Made by a program: the position numbers and the translations under genes. The notes beneath the pieces are model-generated. The model saw only the letters and a program-made list of their open reading frames with translations, was not told the DNA's origin and ran no database searches. From contig CM052817.1 in NCBI GenBank assembly GCA_028534125.1, positions 94,986,001-95,050,000 of the forward strand: 64,000 nt of DNA, in the 5' to 3' direction. Below, one piece after another: positions 24,300-35,520 of this stretch (within the stretch, counting starts at the first letter, position 1; each line of letters opens with the position of its first letter). The DNA comes from Lama glama (lineage: Eukaryota).

Positions 24300-24658
24300 T
24301 AAAAACCTAGAGAATTATGGAATGAATTCTGAGAGTAATAGTTGAGGTTGAATTTACCAACATAGATGTGTTTATCAGAGATTCTGGATTCAGCGTCCCA
24401 GTTCACAGAGTTGGAAGTCACCTGAAGTGTTCGTTCATTTCGTTAACTGAACCTGAACTCAACAATGGCCTACACTAAATGAAGTTAGGTACTAGAAATC
24501 CCTTGATATAAGGTAGATGAAGGTATTCAGAGACTCTGGGAGACGGGGATGCAGGAGAAAATTTAACATGCATGACTAACTTACCCACCTACCAGCTGGG
24601 AGCCTTGAAACGGCTCAGAGGACCCTCTCTTTACCAAAACATTGAAAATCACTGCAGT

Positions 24659-24696
24659 TTTGTTGTTGTTGTTGTTGTAGTTGTTGTTGTTGTTTG
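24659..24696 (+). repeat. (TTG)n microsatellite
   Basis: Read directly. Gives the polyQ in the minus-strand ORF 24615-24866. Confidence 0.95.
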
Positions 24697-25606
24697 CAGG
24701 CAGTAGGTATATCTCCAGAAACAGAATCCTGGGTTAAACAAGGATGAGGCCACGCCAGAGTAGGAAAGACCATGTAGCAGCAGGCACCACGTAGAGAAAA
24801 AGGAGTGGACTCGTTAAGCAGAAAGCTGGGCTTCAGCAATAAAACGGTTTGATCTATTCTCCGCATCCCCCACCAAAACCGAAAAGCCTTTTTGGCTGAT
24901 AAATGGAGGCCTAACTTGAGTCAAAATGACAGGGAACTAAGGATGCTGGCCCAGTTCTCAGACCTGAGTGGCAGAGTCCCAGGAATGAGGAAGCCAGGAT
25001 GCCCTGAAGAAGAAGGCTGAACCACTGCCCCAAGTCCATATTACACGTGTTTCACCTAGGCTGCCCCAAAGGGACCTGTTGGTATTGATTGGTATTATTG
25101 TGCCCTGGGAAGAAGGAACAACTCAGATCTTTATCTAAAGAATTATTGGACTCTGGCTCTGAGTAAATGCTAATCCCTGGGCTCCTGTATTGCTCCTGGG
25201 TCAGCTATTCAGAAGGGGGACTTCCTGTGGTCAAGTGGGAAATGGAATTTTGACCCATGTCATCAGTCTCAAGATGGGCCCAGTGTGCTTTTGAACACAT
25301 CTTGTAGTTATTTTCCCATTCCTGTAAGCAGACTTGAAGAAAAAAAGCAGAAGAATCCTCATAAAAACCTCCTGACCTGTGGACTGATGGCTATTAAATA
25401 TGGTAGAAAAGCCAAAAGGAAGCTTCTGGAACTACCGCTTCCACAATAGCAAGCCAAAGGTAACACCACAGCTCTAAGAGGGATCAGAGAGATTAGTGCT
25501 ACCGTCAAAGATGCAACAGACACAAGGATGGTGATTCTTATCACGTCCACATTTAACTCTCTTGTTTGGATTGTGCAGAAGACATTCTTGGAGAATGACG
25601 GTGGAT

Positions 25607-25958
25607 TTGTCTGGGTTAGTCAGCCCAGGCTCCTGTAACACAATAACATAGACTCAGTAGTTTAACAACAGACATTTATTTCTCACAGTTCTACAGAGTG
25701 GGGATTTCAAGATCAGGGTGACTGTGAGTTCAGTGGCTGGAGAGGACCGTCTTCCTGATTTGTAGATGTGTATCCTCACACCTATAAATGAGGAGGGGGG
25801 GAGAGCCGTAGTCTCCAGGCACTAATCCCATTGCTCCACCCTCATGACTCCATCTAAACCTAATTATCTCCCCAAAGCCCCACTTCTTAATGCCTTCACA
25901 TTGGGGGATAGAGTTTCAACATATACATTTTGGGGGACACAAACATTCAGTCCATAAT
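25607..25958 (-). mobile_element. MaLR LTR (MLT1A-like) inserted in the ERVL RT
   Basis: aacaacagacatttatttctcacagttct ... tttgggggacacaaacattcagtccataa. Splits the RT just after WRMTVD. Confidence 0.85.
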
Positions 25959-26357
25959 GCAAGCTCAGTTAAGAGATGACTGATAAGCACCTGATTAGCG
26001 GCTATTGATCTAAGCAACTCTCTGTTCCTATCCCAGTAAGCAGAAAACACCAGAAGCCCTTCAATTGCACATGAAATATAGGCATGCACCATTACCACCT
26101 TGCCTCAAGGCAATTAACTCTCCAGCCTTTTGTCACAGGGTCCCTTATCATCTTCCTTTCCCCAGAACATCAAGCTGGTGATGATGACATCAGTCTGATA
26201 GAACCTGGTGATCAAGTATCCGTTACTGTAAATTTCTTCTTAAGACAGTCGTACGCTGTAAGGTAAAAGATAAACCTCTTAAAAATTCAAGGGTCTGACA
26301 ACCTAATCCATAGGTCATAGGATATCAAGACAGAATTATAACTGAAATAAAGAAGAA

Positions 26358-26520
26358 ATGACAACAAAGTCCTACTGTATAGCACAGGGAACTATATTCA
26401 ATATCTTGTAGTAGCCTATAATGAAAATAACATGAAAAAAATATATATATAATTGAATCACTGTTTACACCAGAAATCAATACAACATTGTTAAATTGAG
26501 AAAAAAAAAGAAGAAGAAGA
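26358..26520 (+). mobile_element. Short L1 3' tail
   Basis: aacaaagtcctactgtatagcacagggaactatattcaatatcttgtag followed by an A-rich tail. Confidence 0.85.
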
Positions 26521-26689
26521 AATGAATAACTCCCAGACTTAGATGGAAGAATTGATGGGACTTTAGTTTTCCCCAACAGGGTGGAGATGAGTGAGTTTTT
26601 ATATGTATGAGTGATCAAGAAAATAAGTTAAGCTCTTGTCTTGCTGTTACTGTTGTTTGGAAAGCTAAGGGAAGAAGAGCACATTGGTG

Positions 26690-27342
26690 TGTAGAGTAAC
26701 CATACAGGTACGATGTGGGATACTTGCAGATTGAGATTCATACGTACAGAGGCTGGAAAGCGAAAAACAATCCCCCCTTCTCCTTTACAGCTAGGTTCTG
26801 GAAGTGATTTACTTTCTGCCAATCAGATGAACTCAACACAATTTGGGAAACAGACGTGGAGCAGAGCCTGCACTTCTGCTGCTCTGTGCTCTCTACTGAC
26901 AAGCATCACTGACCATGGAGTGCCCGCTGGCCGAGTCCTCGGGGCTGGTTGTGAGCTTTGCAGGTGTCAAGGGCCAGGGCAAGGTATCTGTTCTGTTGCT
27001 GTGGAGCAGAGCAGACATGGCATTGATCTGGATTCAGTGCAAGAGCAGGAGCTTTCTGGACATGACAGTTTCCTGATTAAGACAGTTACCTGCTGTGACA
27101 ACTTACTGACTCTGGCAGTGGTGATAGGATTCTGGAACCAGCAGCTTCCTGATCATGGAGAAGGCAGCAGCTCCTTTGCTGGCCCAGTTCTGTGATTTGG
27201 AAGAGTCATTCCGAAGAGCACAACCTAGAGCTTTTAGCCTTTTCAACAATTCTAAAGCCATTAAATAACTTCTACTAAATGCCTTTCTGCTTAATAGTTG
27301 GAATAGATTCTGTTCCTCAGAAATGAACCCTGGTTGGTGTAC
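26690..27342 (+). mobile_element. 3' LTR of ERVL provirus (LTR33/LTR41 group)
   Basis: cagctaggttctggaagtgatttactttctgccaatcagatg, cagcttcctgatcatggagaaggcagcagctcc, ends gaaccctggttggtgtaca. Purine tract gggaagaagag just upstream. Confidence 0.75.
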
Positions 27343-27408
27343 AGCACATGCATTGAAGTTTCTCCAGGGTATATACCCAGGAGTGTAATTGATGGGTTAT
27401 GGTATATA

Positions 27409-27748
27409 CATTTGGCCCTCAGTATCCATGGGTTCTGAATCTGTGGATTCAACCAACCGTGGATTAATAATATCTGACCCTGCCCCAAATTTCAGAATGT
27501 TCCAAAAAGCAAAACTGGAATTTGTCACACACCAGCAACTATTTACATAGCATTTACCTTGTATTAACAACTATTCACATTGTATTACGTATTATAAGCA
27601 ACCTAGAGATGATTTAAAGTACACAGGAGGATGTGCATAGATTATATGCAAATACTATGCCATTTTATATAAAGGACTTGAGTGTCCGCGGATTTTTGTA
27701 TATGCTGGGGTCTTGGAACCAATTTGCCCCAAAACTGAAGGACAACTG
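27409..27748. mobile_element. MER2-like TcMar-Tigger MITE
   Basis: TA-flanked catttggccctcagtatccatgggttc ... gaaggacaactg with terminal inverted repeats. Confidence 0.88.
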
Positions 27749-28145
27749 TATACATTTGAAACTTTACTACATATTACCAAAATGCTGTGCTAATTAACAT
27801 TCCCATCAGAAAATTCCACCAAAATTCGTCCTTGTAATACTTCTAATTTTTGTTAAATTGATTGGTATAAAAAAGAATCTTGTTTTAAGTTGCATTTCCC
27901 TGATTACTGATTTTTCATATGTTGATTGGTTATTCAGTTTCCTTTTAGTAAATTGCCTGGTAATATAATTGTTCATTTTTCTGTTGAATTGCTAATTTCT
28001 TTATTGATTTATATGAGCTCTTTATATTTCATGGTTATTAAATCTTAGCTACTGCAAATATCTTCAATCTAGTGGCATGCCCTTTCATTTTACTAATGTT
28101 GTTTTTCCCATCCAAAAAAAACTCACATTAAATTTATCAAGTTTT

Positions 28146-28825
28146 CACTATGGAAAACAGTATGGAGATTCCTCAAAAGATTAGGAATAGACCTACCATA
28201 TGACCCAGGAATCCCACTCCTGGGCATATATCCAGAAGGAACCCTACTTCAGGATGACACCTGCACCCCAATATTCATAGCAGCACTATTTACAACAGCC
28301 AAGACAAGGAAACAGCCTAAATGTCCATCAACAGGTGACTGGATAAAGAAGATGTGGTATATTTATACAATGGAATACTACTCAGTCATAAAAACCAACA
28401 ACATAACGCCATTTGCAGCAACATGGATGCTCCTAGAGAATGTCATTCTAAGTGAAGTAAGCCAGAAAGAGAAAGAAAAATATCATATGAGATCGCTCGT
28501 TATGTGGAATCTTAAAACAAAAACAAAAACGAAGCATAAATACGAAACAGAAATAGACTCATAGACATAGAATACAAACTTGTGGTTGCCAAGGGGGCAG
28601 AGGGTGGGAAGGGATAGATGGGATTTCAAAATTGTAGAATAGATAAACAAGATTATACTGTATAGCACAGGGAAATATACACAAGATCTTACGGTAGCTC
28701 ACAGAGAAAAAAATGTGACAATGAATATATATATGTTCATGTATAACTGAAAAATTGTGCTCTACACTGGAATTTGACACAACATTGCAAGATGATTATA
28801 AATCAATAAAAAATGTTAAAAAATT
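28146..28825 (+). mobile_element. Young lineage-specific L1 (ORF2 C-terminus plus 3' UTR)
   Basis: ORF 28352-28564 reads MWYIYTMEYYSVIK...FAATWMLLENVILSEVSQ. TSD tttatcaagtttt 28133-28145 / 28826-28838. Confidence 0.95.
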
Positions 28826-29674
28826 TTTATCAAGTTTTTCCTTCATTGTTCATGCTTTTTGTGTCTTATCTAAGAAATCCTTTTTCACATGTCATAAAGA
28901 TATTTTCCTAGGCCTTCTTTTAAAGGTCTTGAATTTTTTCATTTTTACCACTGTAATAAATCTGGAATTTATTTTTGTAGATATATGAGACAGAAGTGTG
29001 ATTTTATGTTTTGCATATGAATAACTGATTATTTCAGAACTGCTTGTTAAGTGGTTCGCCCTTACCCCACTAATTTTAATACTATCCCTGTCCTATTCCA
29101 GGGTTTTACTTACTCATAGGTCTCTTTCGGGGTCCTCTAGTTTTTGATGGTTTATTTTCCCACACCTGCAGCGGTACTATGCTGTCTTAATTTTTATAAA
29201 CCCTGATATCTGGTAGGGTAAGTCTTACAACATTGTTCTCAAAAATTGTTTTGCCTTCTAGGCACAAAGGAGGCTATAGTCGTGGATGACAAAAAATGAA
29301 ACAGGGTAGAGGGCGTCATGTGACTCACTATAAAACAAATAAAATACTGTCTTCCAAATTCTATCAGGATGTTTTCCCCTGACCAAATTTATTATTTCAA
29401 GTTTTTGAACTTCAACTTAAATAACCTTCCATTCATAGTGGTTAACAAGTAATAATTACACACAATTCATCAAGTAGATCAGTGGATACTGAAACTCACT
29501 TTTTAAACTCATGTTTTTACAGCCATACTACTGAGTCTCAAAGAAGAAATGATATTATGAAATGACATTTTCCATCTGTTTGTCTCTGAGTCCACTAATT
29601 TCCGTCAGTCCTGAAAAGTGTACGTGTGTGGACTTGTGCATATCCAGTTCATCTTTCCATTTGCATGTATATAT

Positions 29675-29785
29675 ATTTTTTTGAAGTAGAGTCAGGTTAT
29701 AATGTTGTGTCAATTTCTGGTGTGCAGCACAGTGCTTCAGTCATACATGGACACATATATATTCGTTTGCATATCATCTTTCTAT
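29675..29785 (-). mobile_element. Short L1 3' tail
   Basis: ttttttgaagtagagtcaggttataatgttgtgtcaatttctggtgtgcagcac. Confidence 0.8.
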
Positions 29786-29908
29786 TTGCTTTACCTCCAA
29801 GGAAACTATTGGAAAAGTAAATCTGTTTTTCATTTAAATTTAAGAGTGATCTCCCTTTCTTCAAAGCCCTCCATAGAACTGACTAATTTGATGCTCATAA
29901 CATCCACA

Positions 29909-30725
29909 TGCAGTGGGTGAAATAAATAAAGATTTGGTTTTCATCCTGGGTTCCTGTCACAGAGCTCTTAAAACTCTTGCAATTTCCTGAGTGATAAGGG
30001 TGATAAGAGCATCTTTGTTATAATATTTGGGTTTTGTACAGAGTTCCTAAAACTTGGAATTTCCTAAGTGTCTTTTGTTGTTCATTACAAGTCCTTTGAT
30101 CACACCTGAGTTTATGCTACATTGCCTCAGGATGGGGCTGGTCACCAGAAAGACTAAGTGATTACAGTCAGCCCCAGCCACCAGTCTTTCAGAAGTGGGA
30201 CTGAGGCAGGGCTGGGAATTAAATCCCTATACAACTCTTGAATGAAGAGATTTGACAAGCTTCCCGGTGTGAGTCAGCCTCAACTCCACAGGGACAGAAG
30301 CTCCCTCACTCAGGACGCTTCCAGACCTCGCCTATGGACCTCTTCCTCTGGCCGTTCCTCTGTTTCCTTTAGAACACACTGATAAACAGAAGTAAATGTT
30401 TACTGGAGTTTTGTGAGCCACTGTAGCATAGTATCAAACCCGAGGAGGGGACTGTGGGGCCCCCCGGTTTGTAGCCCAGTCAGATGGAAGCGGTGGGTAA
30501 CCCAGGGCTCCACCCCTGTGATGGGCATCTGGAGCGGGGGCAGTCTCGTGGGACTGAGCCCTTAACCTGCAAAGTCTGTGCAAACTCCAGGCAGTTAGGG
30601 TCGTAACTGAGTTAAAAGGCAGGACATCCAGTCCACGTCCACGGGAAAAGCGAGCTGCACTGTAATGGAGAAACCCCTCTAGCACATGTAGGTTCAGAAG
30701 TGATCCATGTGAGAGGACAGGGAAA
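29909..30725 (+). mobile_element. MER21-like ERV solo LTR
   Basis: gggttcctgtcacagagctcttaaaactcttgcaatttcctgagtgataag, ggggctggtcaccagaaagac, ggcatctggagcgggggcagtctcgtgggactgagcccttaacctg. Confidence 0.82.
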
Positions 30726-30744
30726 GAGTGATCTCCCAGAAGTG

Positions 30745-30890
30745 GTTACTACTATTTCATGCTCATTATACAGAAGAGGAAAAGAAGACACAGAGATCTT
30801 AAGTAACAGAGCCAGGCCTTCCCTGTTAATAAATGGCAGAACTGAGGCTTGGACCCAAGCAAAGTGGCCTCATCACTTTCCCCCGTAACC
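30745..30890 (-). mobile_element. MIR fragment
   Basis: ctcattatacagaagaggaaaaagaagacacagaga...aagtaac...ttaataaatggcagaactgagg. Confidence 0.6.
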
Positions 30891-31504
30891 ACTGCAACTC
30901 TACTGCCTCTCATTAAACTAGTGATCACGGGGACATACAGTTACCACCAAAGATGCAAAGGAGCAGAATACGCAGGAAGAGGACATGACCTAATGTGGAG
31001 GGAGTGGACGGGTAGTGAGGAGAGGCTGCACTGAAGAGAAATATTTAAACTAAAATCTGGAAGTCGGGTAGGGTTTATTTCCATGAAAAAATTTTTTTCT
31101 TTTTTTGACAAGAGTGTGTGGATACTGGAAAGAACCTTCCAGGAACAGGGTAAATGCAAGAGCACAGTGGTGCCTTTGAGGAAGGCGGTGCAGCTGGAGC
31201 TCAGACAGAGGCAGAGTGTGGTGTGAGTGGAACTCAGAGCAGTGAACCTGCTGGCCCAGGTCAGATGGGGCATGGGTGCCCAGGCAAGGGATTTGGACTT
31301 GATCCTTCACCTCCATGAAGCAAGATAAACAATTTGTGGTTTTATAAATGTGTGTTGAAAACATTAAAGAAGGCACAATGCTAAAATTTCAGTAGTAAAG
31401 GAAAAATTTTAGTAAAGATTTCCATAAATAGTTGCCATTATTAAAATTTTTCAGAGAGGTTGTAGATTTCATCCAAATTTAAATTTCACATGGAACCAGA
31501 ATGA

Positions 31505-31660
31505 CAGAATAAAGAGCATAGCCTTTGGAGAATTCATATCAGAATTTCACCCCAGCTGTTCAAATTACTCCCTGCATGATTCAAGACAAATTATGCCGCT
31601 GCTATGAGTCTCAATTTCCTCATCAGTGAAATGGGAATAATATTTACTCGTAGGCTTTTG
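31505..31660 (+). mobile_element. MIR fragment
   Basis: agagcatagcctttggag ... tgagtctcaatttcctcatcagtgaaatgggaataata. Confidence 0.75.
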
Positions 31661-32354
31661 CTGAAACAATTTGTCTATCAACAGAACAAATCTAGTCGAC
31701 TTCGGCCCAACTCGTCAACCTGTGACCATTGAAAGCGCTCCCTACAATTTCTTGTAACTTCCCGTGGCTCACGGCCATAATCATCTCTACTTTTACATTT
31801 CTGCACCCACCAGGCACATTAGCCTGGAGGAAAGCCCAGACACGTTGCTGTCTCACCAAATTTCGACCCAGTCATTGCATAAATTTCACAAATGTATCGG
31901 AGACTTGGAGGGAAGGGGTCACGGGGAAGACTGACCGCACTGAGCACTGAGGTCTCCCACCATCTCCCTGGTTCCACCTCCTGTCTGCCTCTTTTCCTAG
32001 TCTCCTTTCCTCTCTGGTTTAACATCGACAACAACAAAAACCCTCCCTCCACTTCCTAAGAGTAATTCTGCCCCAGCTACGTCCTCTCACTGTCTCACCT
32101 TACCAGTCACTGAAGTACTTTTCTAGAAAGGCAGGTTTTTAAGAGGAATGCTGGTAAATTACATTTTCTTCATGAACTCCACGACAATTTCAAAATCACT
32201 AAGTATAGCTAGTCGTTGCTATTCTCATCACTATTATTATTCATTGGTGCAGATATTCTGTTTCTTAATATTTAGAGATACATGCCTTTAACTCTTTACT
32301 TAGGTTTTAGAACCATCTTATCAGAGTCTCTCTGATCTAAACCAGAGGATGACT

Positions 32355-32675
32355 GCATTAGTTAGCTCTGTTGCCTAGACAAGGAACCTCAACTGTTAAT
32401 GGCTTACAAAACAAAGGTTTATTTTTCATTGGCATGTCACAGGAACTCCAGGTCCACTGCAGCTGTGTTTTGAGCAGTGGGTAGGTAGGCTGTGGCTCTG
32501 CTCCGTGAATCTTCACATTCACAGCCCCTCGGTCAGACATGCCATTCTCACAGAAGAGGGGAAAGAGGTCCAGAGTCAAACACGCAATGGCTCGCAAGCC
32601 TTCTGTCTAACAGGACACAGACGACGACCACTCACATCCTATTGGCTGAAAAAGTCGCATTGTTAAGCTCAATGT
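32355..32675 (-). mobile_element. Old MaLR LTR fragment (MLT1J/K-like)
   Basis: tgcattagttagctctgttgc...aatggcttacaaaacaaaggtttattt ... ctcacatcctattggctgaaaaagtc. Confidence 0.65.
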
Positions 32676-33142
32676 TGATGAAACAGAATGGAGAGACTGA
32701 ACACAAAAGTGGAGAACGGCCAGACTTAGGCAATCAAACTCTGACCTATGACCTCGGCAGCAATCGGCCCAGGAAGCCAAACCACAACATCTGTAGCCGT
32801 GGGCCCCAAGTGGTCAGCACTTGGTTAATGACTGCCAGATATTTTTTTGCCCCTGCTTCCAAGTCAAAATTAACCAGAGAAGCCAAATATACTCCCAAAC
32901 CAATCATATAACATTCTCCATTTTCAATGAGCCTGCCTCCAGCTTCTCCACACGCACAACCTCAGGCAGCATACCTGAAGCCTCCCCTTTCCTCCCCTGT
33001 AATATGGCAGTCCTACCCTCCTGCCTGCCTTTGAGTCTCTGCCAAATGCAAGTGATGGAGGCTGACTGCCTTGCTACGTAGCAAACTCTGAATAAATAGC
33101 CTCTGTTTGTTCTCCTTTGGGTGGTCTTTGCTTATTTCCACC
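32673..33142 (+). mobile_element. ERV1-class solo LTR (family not identified)
   Basis: TG...CA bounded. actctgacctatgacctcggcagcaatcggcccaggaagccaaaccacaac, AATAAA at 33091, then gcctctgtttgttctc...gggtggtcttt. Confidence 0.65.
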
Positions 33143-33744
33143 AAATACACCCCTCCTATGGTGGCGGGGGGGGTGGGGTGGGGAGGGTTCCTGCAAATCA
33201 CATGGCAATGAGCGAGGATGAATGAATCATCTTCTTTCAGGAAAAGGGAGGACAAATAGAGGGGGGACAATAGCACAGTCTGCCCCAGTTTACCCTCGGG
33301 ATCACCAGGCGTCACTTGCCTCCTCTCCACGTGCACAATTCCATCCATTTGTGAAAGCACCCTTGAAGTCCCCTGATTCTCTCTATTCCACATCTGTGTA
33401 TGTCTAATCTTTCTTCGGAGGCATATGGACTAAAATACAAGTTACAGACACAGGCTATAGTAGTAACTTGGGAAGAACAATGAGAAACCCTCTTCAGAAA
33501 CAAAGGGAGATACACAGCAGTCACTTACCAAAGCAAGCATCCCCGGGCCAGCGTTGCAAAGGCCTCCTCCTCTGGGGGGGAGGAAGTGCTCCTGGCCCTG
33601 GCCCTAGTTCTACTTCCTGGAGGTAATTCTCCAGACCAGTTTCTCCATGGCTCTGGCCTCTGCCCTCCTTCCTTTGTCTTCTCCTCCTTAACTATATCTG
33701 CAGAGGCCACTGGACAACATGCCCTCTTTTGTGGCTGAGCATCA

Positions 33745-34135
33745 TTAAAGAAAAAATTATTCTGACCCTTGTTAACATGGTGAGGGAGACTTTATTCAGG
33801 ACTACTGCAATAGTTGCCAAGACTATTATAATGGGAGAGAAACTGGGCTCCATTCAAATACAACAAGGACCAGTAGGGATTTCGAGTCAATGAGCAGAAT
33901 CAGGGGGTCAGTGGGTGGAAAATTACCAAGAGGAGGACATCAAGGGTGGGGGAGATTCTTGCTAAACCGATGTAACAGGACTCTTGTTAAAGACAAGCCA
34001 TGGTGACATCAAGGGTGGGAGATGAGGAATTATTTGATCCAGATATTGAGGGTGATCAGATACCAAGGATGGGAGGAATTCTCACTAGAGTGGTGGTGGT
34101 TGGGGGGGGGGGGTACCTAGTCAAAGAGAGAGCTC
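33745..34135 (-). mobile_element. MER31-like ERV1 LTR
   Basis: ttaaagaaaaaattattctgaccctt...gactttattcaggactactgcaatag, gggtcagtgggtggaaaattaccaagagg. Confidence 0.75.
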
Positions 34136-35127
34136 CTAAGGACATTTGTCAGCATCCTTCTCAGCCTACAGACATTCAGAGACCCAAAGGTTTGCTTTTA
34201 TGTCTTGAACAGTAATTTTTGTTTTAAATTCAAGCTATTGGCTCTTTTCACAGTCTCTCTCTGTCTCAGTCTCTGTGTCTGTCTGTCTCTCTCTTTTACA
34301 CACAGCCCCCCCCCAATACTGTTGGCTTTATATCTATATAATTATTTTTTTAAAATTTTAATTGTCATTTTAATTTTTTATTGAAGTACAGTCAATTACA
34401 ATGTGTCAACTTCTGGTGTAGAGCACAATGTCCCAGTCTTGCTCTATTTGATTCTAATTAGATCCATGTGCCAATAGCCACACCTATAATTTTTTTCAAG
34501 CCCCTCCCCCGACCTCCCACTTACAAGCAGTTTGAGCTTATTGGTCTTTCATTGGCTTGATATGCCCTTAGCTCTTTTCCTTGAGCCATTCTGTCCAGCT
34601 GAGCGGATTTATTTGTGGGGAGGGGGATCCATAATACATTTGGAGGTTTTAACAAGGGGTGTGGTAGCCACGCCCCTTGATTTATTCTTTGACCCAAGAG
34701 TAAGTTTTAATCGGCCACTGTTGCTCAAAGCATTTCTAAATTTTACCTTTTACTGGTAGATGGGAGAAATGGTTACACAGTTCAACCCTGCAAGTCTCAA
34801 CATTTCTAAGTTCTCTTTTTCTTCTCTTCCCAGCTTGGCCAATTCTTTTCTGAGCTCATTTCTTCTTTACAGTTACTTGTCAGATGCATCTAATAGCAAT
34901 CGTGGCACTGCAGTGACATTCTGTTTTACCACATCTTAACTGAAAGTCATAGATACATTAAGTGTACTTCTGCCTTTATCTAGGACAGCCATTATACAAA
35001 ATAGTCACCACTCCGTATCATAGATTGCCATTTTTCCCCCGTCTTTAATTAAAGTTTCCTTGTCATACACTGGCCAGAAGCTAATGTCACCTCTCTTAGG
35101 ATTTCTGTTACACAGCATTTCACTCTT

Positions 35128-35520
35128 TGTACCGAGCTGGCTTTGCTGTAATAACAGATGACCCCCCAAATCTCTGTGGCACATTAAATAAAGGTTTACT
35201 TAGCACTAGTGTCGCACGTAGGCTGCAGGTAGGTCGTGACTCTGGTCCACGTGGTTCTCACTTTCAGACCCAGGCTGGAGAAGCAACCCCCTATATAGGA
35301 CATGCAATCCTCATGGCACAGGGAAGACACTATAATAAATATACATGCCAACCATTTAGTGACACTTATCACATCTGCTGAAATAAGATTGGCCAAAGGA
35401 AGTCACGTGACCAAACCCAATACCACTCTTTGATGAGTGGAAACTTCAGGGTACAAAGGTACAATTTTCCCACAAGGAAAGGAGAACAAATAATTGGAGA
35501 AATAATAAAACTGACCACAT
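35128..35520 (-). mobile_element. Old MaLR LTR (MLT1-type), with probable MaLR-internal remnants to the left (~34200-35100)
   Basis: tgctgtaataacagatgaccccccaaatctctgtggc ... attggccaaaggaagtcacgtgaccaaaccc. Confidence 0.65.

Larger units (their letters stand above)
22553..26690 (+). mobile_element. ERVL internal region (degraded gag-pro-pol)
   Basis: Gag-like WLTLTALE (~22788-22811). Protease LLDSGSE*MLIPG (~25144-25182). RT N-terminal GIREISATVKD...TSTFNSLVWIVQKT..WRMTVD (~25481-25606), AAIDLSN (~25998), LPQG (~26100), NSPAFCH, DDISLIEPGDQ (~26182-26215; YxDD region), KIQG (~26282). Confidence 0.88.
27345..29255 (-). mobile_element. Old L1M ORF2 fragment hosting MER2 and a young L1
   Basis: gggtatatacccaggagtgtaattgatggg, ttgcatttccctgattact, gctttttgtgtcttatctaagaaatcc, tgatatctggtagggtaagtc. 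Confidence 0.8.

Noticed and set aside
24615..24866. PolyQ-containing minus-strand ORF
   Set aside because: It is a (TTG)n microsatellite inside the ERVL internal region.
26713..27195. Longest ORF in the window (160 aa)
   Set aside because: It lies entirely within the 3' ERVL LTR and has no recognisable domain.
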